A stretch of 64,000 nucleotides of DNA, from contig JAKAVK010000018.1 of NCBI GenBank assembly GCA_021817325.1, forward strand, positions 9,544 to 73,543, given 5' to 3'. This DNA comes from Candidatus Micrarchaeota archaeon (GTDB lineage Archaea > Micrarchaeota > Micrarchaeia > Micrarchaeales > CABMGC01). The notes beneath the pieces are model-generated. The model was not told the DNA's origin. It saw nothing but the letters and a program-made list of their open reading frames with translations, and ran no database searches. Positions 27,135 to 35,117 of the stretch are shown here, piece after piece (position 1 is the first letter of the stretch; each line of letters starts with the position of its first letter). Made by a program: the position numbers and the translations under genes.

Positions 27135-27550
27135 TTACATCTCTACACCATCAATGTAAAAAATGGAGGTAGATGAGAAGGAAAAGTAAAGGCGGGCAGT
27201 AATAGCTAATACCGCAGATCCTAAGCAGCTTGAGGCTAGGCGCTGCCCATTACGGCGCCGAGAATGCCGCAAGATCGCTGCAGGAAGAGCTCTGGTTCCC
27301 GATCGCTCTAATCATACTTTACTATGCGAATAATAATGCTAATCCAATCTCAATATGCTAATTGGAGTTACCTCACAACCCCAATGGCTTACCAAAAGCA
27401 ATAAATAATTCCTATGCGGGAGGTATAACATATCTGGAACATACATCTATGTTCCAAATGATACCCCGCGATAAACAGTATAGACCAAAACCATCAAAAG
27501 AGGAAGGCACCACATATATGGTGCTTCATATGTATCAAACCCTATACTAA
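27135..27550 (+). pseudogene. Mosaic of gene fragments: rpoF 5' region copy, pelota internal fragment, decayed fragment of the 641/654-aa paralog family
   Basis: 27135-27217 resembles 27711-27800 (rpoF upstream region, SD and first codons). 27219-27281 matches pelota 33537-33599 at 62/63 nt. From 27279 the sequence matches the distal end of the 99-bp tract (tgcaggaAgagctctggttccc) and encodes QEELWFPIALIILYYANNN before stops and frameshifts. Confidence 0.7.
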
Positions 27551-27750
27551 GTCTGGCTGAAACTGCCGTGTCTCATTAAGGTCCTTACACATAAAACCAA
27601 ATATAATGCTATCCCGTCCAACATTGGTTATCAATGTGCCTATTTATGCCCAGGGCTTGAATTTACTCCCTAGACAATATGCATTGTAGAAAGGCTTAAA
27701 TTATGCTCTATTTTATATATTTACATCCATAATATAAAGTGGAGGTAAAT

Positions 27751-28092
27751 ATGATAGGAAAAGGAAAGGCGGACAGCAGGTTAGCTACGATACCACAAGT
27801 TCTCGAGATACTTGATGCCAGACAGGAGGCCGGCGGAGAGCTGGGTTACGAACAGGAGCTCACCCACACATATGCAAAGATGTTCGCAAAAATAGATGCA
27901 AAGGAAGCGGAGAAGATGAAGAAGGAAATAGTCGAACTTGGCATTAGCGAGAAAACAGCAGTGAAAATAATAGAGATAATGCCATCAGATATAATCCAAC
28001 TGCGCCAAACAGTCATTATAGAAAAGAAGAGCGTAGATGAAGAAATCCTTTTAAAGGTAATGGAAGTCGTTAGCAGGTACAGAGGAAAGTGA
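27751..28092 (+). CDS. rpoF: DNA-directed RNA polymerase subunit Rpo4 (RpoF)
   Basis: 113 aa from the ATG at 27751, preceded by GGAGGT. LATIPQVLEILDARQE...ISEKTAVKIIEIMPSD matches the Rpo4/F family. The conserved archaeal DUF655 neighbour follows. Confidence 0.8.
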   Translation: MIGKGKADSRLATIPQVLEILDARQEAGGELGYEQELTHTYAKMFAKIDAKEAEKMKKEIVELGISEKTAVKIIEIMPSDIIQLRQTVIIEKKSVDEEILLKVMEVVSRYRGK

Positions 28093-28114
28093 ATGCAGCC
28101 ATCAGGTGATATTT

Positions 28115-28702
28115 ATGGAAGAGAGTGGGATGCGAAGGGAGGAGTTGGAGGAATATGCAGTGGTACTGGATTACCTGCCTATCGGCAGATCCTCTTCCGC
28201 AAGGGCTGAGCCGGTAGTTCAGCTACTCGGGGAAAACAAATTCACGCTCTTGGAAGCTGTTCCAAAAGGTAGTGAGTTGCGGGTAGGCGAGAGTGCATAC
28301 ATAGGCAAGGGGGAGAGAGACAAGATATCCCTAATAAAAAGCAGACTAAACTACAATGACCTAACAGAAGGTGCAAAGAAGGAGTTGCCAGAAGCAATAT
28401 CCATGATAATCAGGAAGAACGAGAAGAAGTTTGTTGACCTATTCAACAATGCATCTTCACTGAATATACGGATGCATTCTCTTGAGCTGCTCCCGAATGT
28501 CGGCAAGAAGCACCTCAAGGCAATACTCGAAGCACGCGAGGAGAAGCCATTCGAAAGTTTTGCAGATATAGCTGCAAGGGTGCCTTTGCTTCAGGATCCA
28601 ATAAAATTGATAGTGGAAAGGATAATAGAGGAGCTTAAAGGCAACAGCCGCTTCTACCTTCTTACAAAGCCGCCTGCGGCAGAGCACTACGATAGGCGTT
28701 AA
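28115..28702 (+). CDS. DUF655-family protein (conserved rpoF neighbour, putative nucleic-acid binding)
   Basis: EEYAVVLDYLPIGRS...VVQLLGENKFTLLEAVPK plus a C-terminal helix-hairpin-helix-like region. ATG at 28115; the track ORF starts at a GTG at 28106. Confidence 0.7.
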   Translation: MEESGMRREELEEYAVVLDYLPIGRSSSARAEPVVQLLGENKFTLLEAVPKGSELRVGESAYIGKGERDKISLIKSRLNYNDLTEGAKKELPEAISMIIRKNEKKFVDLFNNASSLNIRMHSLELLPNVGKKHLKAILEAREEKPFESFADIAARVPLLQDPIKLIVERIIEELKGNSRFYLLTKPPAAEHYDRR

Positions 28703-30240
28703 CTTGATATTCTCTGATATATCATCAGGCCCGACTCGTTATAAATTAGGGCATAGCTATTATTTACATAACTAAGAATCGTTGGCTGTAGTGCGCTGCC
28801 ATTTTTCATCTTCGTCGTATTTTCATAAGCCACTATGTATTCCGGTGAAAACCAATGAAGAGTCATTCCACGAGGCGAGAAAAGAGTGTCACCCACTACT
28901 ACACCAGGCTGAAATTCAATATTTCTAATGCGGTACAGATGCGGCAGTATTATATCCTGACTCATTACCGTGGCGTTTTGTGGGATTATTGCAATGCCGC
29001 TTTTAATTAGCGTGAAGTTATGCGATGGTGTATTTATTATCGTGACATAGCTCAATATCAAAGCAGATGCCAAGCCTATAGCAAGGAGAACGGATAACGA
29101 GAGTATAGTGGAAGTAATCATCACCCTCTCTCTTTTTATATCCATCTTAAACCAGAAAATGTGTTTATCTTTTTTGATTATAAGCATACCAAGTATTGCG
29201 GCCACAAAGCTACCGCCGACCACGTAAGCGTAGTATTGACTGTAATAGTTTCCGAGCACAGAGTCATGGAGGAGGAATAGACCCACGAGCCAAGGCAGTA
29301 AGAGAATAACTGCCAAGGAGGGGCGCTTTAATGATGTTATGCCAAAGCCAAAGAAAGCTATTGCTATTCCCGCTATCTCGCTGAGTAACAACTCGCTAGG
29401 ATTATACGGCACCCCTATGAAAATAGAGGACGCGATTGCCCCTAAGTTTATGAAGCTGCCGTACCTCATAAGGGGCGAAAGTTCGTAATACGGTATCTGC
29501 GGATATACAGAGACAAGATAACTTGATATAACATAATATAAGCATATGGCAAGAGCCGTAAGTACGAGTCCATTAACGAGTAATTTAAATCGCGCCGTGC
29601 GCAGCATGTCAGATGCGCCGCCATTATCATGTTTATGCGATAACTCGTAGGCTAGCAGGCCGAGCAGCAATGTGCCTGCTACAAAAGGCGCATCTTCCAT
29701 TATAGATAGCAATATAATATAGCTTGCCAGGAAGCCTACCTTCCTCCCCTTCATATAAAAGTAAAATGAAAGCACGTAGAATAGTGGCATAAACGCCTCA
29801 CTGTGGATTGGAAAATACAGCATGCCTGTCACCCCAGGATTGAGCAGATATGCGACTGCCATTGCGAACCCGATCTGGGGCATTTTTATCAGATCTTTTG
29901 TCACTACGTAAACTAAAATCGCAACGATTGTGATTGCAATGTCCTGTATCGCTATTAACGTTATTGGATACTGATACAAGTAGAACAGAGGCAGCAAAAG
30001 CATGCTGAAAGGGGAGATATGATTTGCAAATATAAGGTATTGCACTACTCCTTCAAGACCGGGGACCATCGTGCCATGCAGATGCCAATACGCACTATAA
30101 GTCCATATGCCTATGTCATAAAAATTAACTTGGTACGTGGTAAATATAAGATTGCCATAGTATATCCAGTACACAGTAAATGCCAATGTCAGAAGTGCTA
30201 CAGCTGCAAGATATCTATCCTGCAATATTTGCTTGTACAT
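28699..30240 (-). CDS. DUF2079-like polytopic membrane protein, second copy (inverted)
   Basis: 513-aa ORF. FYDIGIWTYSAYWHLHG and FANHISPFSMLLLPLFYL align with 25429..26970. Confidence 0.6.
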   Translation of the reverse strand: MYKQILQDRYLAAVALLTLAFTVYWIYYGNLIFTTYQVNFYDIGIWTYSAYWHLHGTMVPGLEGVVQYLIFANHISPFSMLLLPLFYLYQYPITLIAIQDIAITIVAILVYVVTKDLIKMPQIGFAMAVAYLLNPGVTGMLYFPIHSEAFMPLFYVLSFYFYMKGRKVGFLASYIILLSIMEDAPFVAGTLLLGLLAYELSHKHDNGGASDMLRTARFKLLVNGLVLTALAICLYYVISSYLVSVYPQIPYYELSPLMRYGSFINLGAIASSIFIGVPYNPSELLLSEIAGIAIAFFGFGITSLKRPSLAVILLLPWLVGLFLLHDSVLGNYYSQYYAYVVGGSFVAAILGMLIIKKDKHIFWFKMDIKRERVMITSTILSLSVLLAIGLASALILSYVTIINTPSHNFTLIKSGIAIIPQNATVMSQDIILPHLYRIRNIEFQPGVVVGDTLFSPRGMTLHWFSPEYIVAYENTTKMKNGSALQPTILSYVNNSYALIYNESGLMIYQRISS

Positions 30241-30330
30241 AAAAATCTATTACTGGGCATATCCAGTCTGAAAATACCTATTTAGTATAAATATCTCAAA
30301 CCAATATATACCTCTCCTAGTGCGGGTTCT

Positions 30331-30567
30331 TTAGCCGCGATGCAAGAATGGCATTTCTATATCCTTGCCAGCGACATCCGGCACCGAAGCATTATCGTTG
30401 CGCGGCAGCTTTATAAGAAGTTCGTGAAAGTCACGTTCTACTATCTCCCTATCTATGCCATGGCGTTTTCCAGAAAGGTGGCTCTTCCCTCCTTCGATTG
30501 TATATGCGACCTCCCCGCAAATAGACGTACCTGTTCTGATCTGGCATATAAAGCGTGACCGTTCCAT
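30331..30567 (-). CDS. Hypothetical small protein
   Basis: 78-aa ORF with more protein-like composition than the overlapping 72-aa plus-strand ORF. No motif recognised. Confidence 0.3.
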   Translation of the reverse strand: MERSRFICQIRTGTSICGEVAYTIEGGKSHLSGKRHGIDREIVERDFHELLIKLPRNDNASVPDVAGKDIEMPFLHRG

Positions 30568-30667
30568 CGTATCAATAGTCTCTTATTCCAAGATCTATAT
30601 ATGCTAACTCGTAAGAATTTCAAATAATTGACGAAAGATATTTATATTTTTGAATATTATCCAAATT

Positions 30668-31117
30668 ATGAGGAATCTGAAGCCACAACTAATCGAGCTG
30701 CTGAAGAGCGGCGGCTGCACGCCTAGGATATCAAAGTTAGCTAGGAATCTGCATACCCGTTCCAGTACCATCCATTACAACATAAAGTCAATGGAAAAGG
30801 ATGGAACCGTGCGCTCGTACAAGGCCGTCTTTGATTACAAGAAGATAGGGGAGGGGTTCTGCACCTTTGTCCTAATACACCTATCACCTGACGAGTATTC
30901 CGACCCGCTCAAAATAGCAAACATGCTGGCAGCATATCCTGAGATAGAAAGCATCGATGTGGTGACCGGCGAGTGGGAACTACTTATCAAGGTCAGGACA
31001 GCAAGCATAGAGGAATATTACACATTCGCAACACGTGTGCTCTCTATAAAGGGCATAGCGAGGACGCAGTCACTAAACTCGCTCAAACAGGTAAAGACCG
31101 AATTTGTGATCTTATAG
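30668..31117 (+). CDS. Lrp/AsnC-family transcriptional regulator
   Basis: About 149 aa from the ATG at 30668. N-terminal HTH (ISKLARNLHTRSSTIHYNIKSMEKDG) and a C-terminal RAM-like alpha/beta domain (IESIDVVTGEWELLIKV). Confidence 0.7.
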   Translation: MRNLKPQLIELLKSGGCTPRISKLARNLHTRSSTIHYNIKSMEKDGTVRSYKAVFDYKKIGEGFCTFVLIHLSPDEYSDPLKIANMLAAYPEIESIDVVTGEWELLIKVRTASIEEYYTFATRVLSIKGIARTQSLNSLKQVKTEFVIL

Positions 31118-31129
31118 AAAAATGATGCT

Positions 31130-31432
31130 CTACCGCTTGTCTGCGGTAAACCTTTCCAGGTACATCTGCGGTACGACAAGGCTTCTCTTGGTGGACTTCG
31201 AGACCAGCACGTCAACTACATATGCGCTGCCCCTGCTCTCAATGACAGTGCCTATCCTTCCCTTATACCTCGGGTGGGGTATGTTTTTGAAGTTGCCATG
31301 AGGTGCTATAATCACCTTATCACCTGGCTTGAAGACATTTATCAGTTTGGTTATACCAAGCTTTGATGGTTTGTCGTGCCTTGCCAGGTGCCTGGTTCTG
31401 CCTGAGAATAATCCATGCGAACGCTTGCTCAT
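31130..31432 (-). CDS. rpl21e: 50S ribosomal protein L21e
   Basis: MSKRSHGLFSGRTRHL...FKPGDKVIIAPHGN...PHPRYKGRIGTV matches the L21e family. Start set at MSKRS; the track ORF extends 8 codons further. Confidence 0.85.
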   Translation of the reverse strand: MSKRSHGLFSGRTRHLARHDKPSKLGITKLINVFKPGDKVIIAPHGNFKNIPHPRYKGRIGTVIESRGSAYVVDVLVSKSTKRSLVVPQMYLERFTADKR

Positions 31433-31549
31433 GTATATTACCTCCTGCCGCAGCATACCTAGCGGTCTAACTGACGGCTGATACTAGATACATTTAAATA
31501 CCAATATATAAATACCTTTACATAGTAGGAATAGTGCTTGAGTGATAAA

Positions 31550-31873
31550 ATGGCAAAGGCAGCAAAAAACAGCAAGAAGGTCAGTCTCCACCCGGAGTTT
31601 AAGATAGAGAACATAGTTGCCAGCGCTGATTTGGGAGTTGAGCTTGACCTTTACGGAATAGCGAAGGCCTCTCCAGATGTTGATTACGAGCCTGAGCAGT
31701 TTCCAGGTGCCATATGCAAGATACACGAACCAAAGACAGCACTACTACTATTCAAGAACGGCAAGATAATCTGCACCGGAGCCAAGACCGAAGCCGACAT
31801 AAAAAGGGCCATAGACCAGGTAATAAAGATAGTCAAGAACTACATTATCGAGCCAAGGGAGAAAACAGAATAA
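31550..31873 (+). CDS. Single-repeat TATA-binding-protein-like protein (half-size TBP)
   Basis: 107 aa from the ATG at 31550. KIENIVASADLGVELDL...YEPEQFPGAICKIHEPKTALLLFKNGKIICTGAKTEADIKRAI is one complete TBP repeat. The ORF stops at the linker where repeat 2 normally begins, and no second repeat is present in any frame downstream. Confidence 0.65.
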   Translation: MAKAAKNSKKVSLHPEFKIENIVASADLGVELDLYGIAKASPDVDYEPEQFPGAICKIHEPKTALLLFKNGKIICTGAKTEADIKRAIDQVIKIVKNYIIEPREKTE

Positions 31874-31907
31874 GTAAGATATCACTGACTACTTCTGTCT
31901 TGGTATC

Positions 31908-32032
31908 ACCATTTTGGTATGTTGTAAAACCAGCCAGCATACCGCAAGAATAAAGGAAGATTCGTGCCTGGTGGCTATAAGGTACTGTTTGATTTCCTAA
32001 AATGCCTGCTACATGGATCTTTCTTCAGCTAA
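31908..32032 (+). pseudogene. Remnant of a Dpm1-like GT2 gene (C-terminal fragment)
   Basis: Hand translation AYRKNKGRFVPGGYKVLFDFLKCLLHGSFFS* aligns with TYSKNHTRFVPGGYKVLFDFLKCISSGS of 24605..25306. No upstream catalytic domain is present. Confidence 0.6.
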
Positions 32033-32685
32033 CGCGTGCCCTTGCGGCCAGCTCCCCGTCCTGCAGCAGAGTTCCTTATCCTTCTCAATGCGTATACGTA
32101 GATCAGGTAAAGTATTATTGCGAAAACCCCTATCGCAGCAAATATCAAGGTGGCGCTAGTCGCGTTGCCAATATAATAGCCGAAGATTATAAGTGCAACA
32201 TCCCAGATCACCGTGCCTGCGAATGACGTCAGAAAAAACTTCTTCTGCGGCATCTCCGCGAATCCTGCAGGGAAGCTTATCAGCCCGCGCACCACCGGTA
32301 TGAACCTGCTTATGAAGACTGCGAACGAACCGTTGCTCTCAAACCACCTGTCAAAGGCGTCTAGTGTGCTCTGCTTGATATGGAAGAGCTTGAGATGCTT
32401 GTAGACGATATCCTTCCCTACGAAATACGCGATATAGTAATCGATCTCAAAACCTATTACGCTGCCTATTATGGCCGCCGTGGCCCCTAGTGCCATGTTC
32501 AGCTGCCCCTGTGCTGCAAGGTAGCCTATCGCAGGCAGCACGACCTCGCTGGGTACCGGAAGCGATGCTGACTCAAGCAGCATCAGTGCAAGTATGGCGT
32601 AGTACTTGTACGCCACTATCAAATGCAGAAGATATGCTGCACTGGCTGACGCTGCAGTAGCATTTACGCCAGCAAGAAATACCAT
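32029..32685 (-). CDS. DedA-family membrane protein
   Basis: LESASLPVPSEVVLPAIGY and FISRFIPVVRGLISFPAGFAEMP are DedA/SNARE-associated signatures. Start set at MVFLAG to avoid overlap with pelota. Confidence 0.75.
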   Translation of the reverse strand: MVFLAGVNATAASASAAYLLHLIVAYKYYAILALMLLESASLPVPSEVVLPAIGYLAAQGQLNMALGATAAIIGSVIGFEIDYYIAYFVGKDIVYKHLKLFHIKQSTLDAFDRWFESNGSFAVFISRFIPVVRGLISFPAGFAEMPQKKFFLTSFAGTVIWDVALIIFGYYIGNATSATLIFAAIGVFAIILYLIYVYALRRIRNSAAGRGAGRKGTR

Positions 32686-32749
32686 GCTCTTAATTAGCTT
32701 CACATGCTTATAAATGCGACGCATCACATACAATATCAGGATGATTGGC

Positions 32750-33769
32750 ATGCGCATAATACGCCTCAATGGCGTTACCAACTTCCTCAAGGTTGAGCCC
32801 CAGTCATTCGACGATCTGTATCTCCTGGCCATGGTCATCTCCACCGGAGATAAGGTGGAGGCGCACAGCTACAGGCGGTTCAAGGCAAACGAGAGGGATA
32901 CGGGAGAGCAGAAGGAGGTCTTCATAAGGCTGCATATAGAGAAGGTGGAGATAGATAAGGGCGCAGGCAGGCTGCGCCTCATGGGCAGCATACTGGATGG
33001 CCATCCGCAGGAGTTCGTGAGCATAGGTAGCCATCACACAATAAACGTGGCACCAGGCGACATCATAGACGTGCAGAAGGAGGAGTGGAAGAGCTACATA
33101 ATTCGCAGGCTCAAGCAGGCGGTCGCAGATTCCAGAAAGCCGCGCCTGGGAATTGTGGTCCTAGACGATGAAAAGGCGCTATTCTCATACGTGCGGGGCT
33201 ACGGCATAGACCTGGCAAACGAACTGTACAGCCACCTTAGCAAGAGGATGAAGGAGAAAGACTTTGCAAAGCAGCGCAGCGAGTACTTCAACGAGATAAT
33301 AGGCTATGTCAATAACATGTCTGTTGATATGGTGATACTCGCAGGCCCGGGATTCACAAAGGATGACATTAAAAGATACATATCTGATAATCACATCGAG
33401 GTCAAGAAGAGGCTCTTCTATCTTCCGGCAAGCGATGCGGAGAGATCCGGGATCAGGGAGGTTATGCGCAGCAACGCAGTCGCCGAGCTTCTTGAGAGCG
33501 AGCATGTGAAGAAGGAGTTCGAGTATCTGAATGAGTTCCTAAGCAGCTTGAGGCTAGGCGCTGCCCATTACGGCGCCGAGAATGTCGCAAGATCGCTGCG
33601 GGAGGGCCGTCCGGAAAGGGTTCTTGTGAACGACTCTGCAATAAACGAGAAGCAGGTGAGGGAAGTGCTCGACATCGCCGACAAGAAAGGAGTAAGGATA
33701 GAGATATTCAACTCCGAGGATGACGCAGGGATGCAGCTAAGGAACTTCAAGGACATTGCCTGCATCTGA
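32750..33769 (+). CDS. pelA: Pelota (Dom34) mRNA surveillance / ribosome rescue factor
   Basis: MRIIRLNG...FLKVEPQSFDDLYLL N-terminus and eRF1-like central and C-terminal domains (VILAGPGFTKDD). About 339 aa from the ATG at 32750. Confidence 0.85.
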   Translation: MRIIRLNGVTNFLKVEPQSFDDLYLLAMVISTGDKVEAHSYRRFKANERDTGEQKEVFIRLHIEKVEIDKGAGRLRLMGSILDGHPQEFVSIGSHHTINVAPGDIIDVQKEEWKSYIIRRLKQAVADSRKPRLGIVVLDDEKALFSYVRGYGIDLANELYSHLSKRMKEKDFAKQRSEYFNEIIGYVNNMSVDMVILAGPGFTKDDIKRYISDNHIEVKKRLFYLPASDAERSGIREVMRSNAVAELLESEHVKKEFEYLNEFLSSLRLGAAHYGAENVARSLREGRPERVLVNDSAINEKQVREVLDIADKKGVRIEIFNSEDDAGMQLRNFKDIACI

Positions 33770-33787
33770 CGCATTGCGGCCTGGCCT

Positions 33788-35053
33788 TCAGCAGCCTATG
33801 CTATAAGGTCCGATGTTTGTTCTGTAATACAGCGACATATTCAGCGCCTCCATTCCCATCCCGTTGGCATTCACCCAAGCCACGGCAAAATCATACAATC
33901 CAGGGCTCAAAACAACGCCGCCTCCCCACCACTGCGAGTTGACTACCTGCGGGGTTCCGCCTGTGAGTCCCCAGCTCTCTCCATCCCCATAACTACCAAC
34001 GGGCCAGTTGCTATATTGGCCCGGCGCTAGCTGGTATATCAACACATTCCACGTCATGCTGTTGACTGGCTTGTAGTATACTTGCATGTCGTCTGCGAAC
34101 GTTGAAAACCAGATGTCTGGTCCCTCCCAGTTAAAGTATGGCGGACTCTCGTAAAGGCACGGATTCGGCACATTTGCTGGGAAGTTAATGACCGTATAGG
34201 CCATCGAGAGCAACGAGTTGTAAGGCGCGCTGCTTGCCACGTGGTCGTTGTTCAGCATGGATATACTCTGCGGAAATTGCTGCATTGGCGTATCTGTATT
34301 TGGGTCATATCCTGTGGGATTGCTGTATTTGGGGAAGCTGTTGGTAGCATAGTCAAACGAGACGTAATCCAGTACGCCATACCACGGCGGCCATCTCGGG
34401 CTAGCCCCAAGGTCGTTACTCTGCACAGTGGTCTGCCACTCCCCGTTTTCTACCATGGTGTAATTTGCGGGGATGAACGGCGGGTTTACGGCGTTGTAGG
34501 GAAGAAGCTGATTTGACGGTGGGCCTTGCGCTACAAGAGCGCTGAACACCAGGCTGTAGGTTCCTGTGGCGTCTGTTACGTATGTGCCAGTGTAGATTAC
34601 GTTTGCGGTGCAATTCCCTGCATCTAGTGAGCCAACTGCGCTGTTGCACTGCTGCGCATCGACAGTGTACCCTCCCCTAACCGTGCTTCCTACATTAGGG
34701 GACTGGCTGCTGATGTTCACTATGCATGTCGTTCCTTCGCCTGGATATAAAAAGCCCGGTTCGCAGACGCCGGGATAATCCAACTGGCCAATGCCTGCAT
34801 TAAAAGAGGTTATATTCATTGGAACTTCCTGGGCATTTGTGAATTGGAACGTGAGCAGTGAGGTGAGAAAGGTGGTATTGGTATACTCATTTACATAATT
34901 GCAGTTTATGCTACCATAGGAGACGCACTGCGTCGGTATGTACGTAACGGCGCTGCTGATGATGAAGACTATGAGGAGTATTGCAATTGTGAGTATGATG
35001 AATAGAAAGGCGTAGGTTGAAAGGAACTCTATAGCAGACTGCGCCTTCATCAT
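33788..35053 (-). CDS. Secreted protein with class III (type IV pilin-like) signal peptide
   Basis: 421-aa ORF. N-terminus MMKAQSAIEFLSTYAFLFIILTIAILLIVFII carries the archaeal prepilin motif (K-A/QSAxE) and hydrophobic helix. The rest is a Cys-containing ectodomain. Confidence 0.65.
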   Translation of the reverse strand: MMKAQSAIEFLSTYAFLFIILTIAILLIVFIISSAVTYIPTQCVSYGSINCNYVNEYTNTTFLTSLLTFQFTNAQEVPMNITSFNAGIGQLDYPGVCEPGFLYPGEGTTCIVNISSQSPNVGSTVRGGYTVDAQQCNSAVGSLDAGNCTANVIYTGTYVTDATGTYSLVFSALVAQGPPSNQLLPYNAVNPPFIPANYTMVENGEWQTTVQSNDLGASPRWPPWYGVLDYVSFDYATNSFPKYSNPTGYDPNTDTPMQQFPQSISMLNNDHVASSAPYNSLLSMAYTVINFPANVPNPCLYESPPYFNWEGPDIWFSTFADDMQVYYKPVNSMTWNVLIYQLAPGQYSNWPVGSYGDGESWGLTGGTPQVVNSQWWGGGVVLSPGLYDFAVAWVNANGMGMEALNMSLYYRTNIGPYSIGC

Positions 35054-35117
35054 AGCACCATGGCTTTACATGGGCATGCGCTTTGCAAGCTTAAATAGTT
35101 TTGCAGGAGGCATCACC

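Noticed and set aside
30340-30558. 72-aa plus-strand ORF overlapping the 78-aa minus-strand ORF
   Set aside because: It has a less protein-like composition than the opposite-strand ORF. Neither is well supported, and only the minus-strand one is listed, at low confidence.
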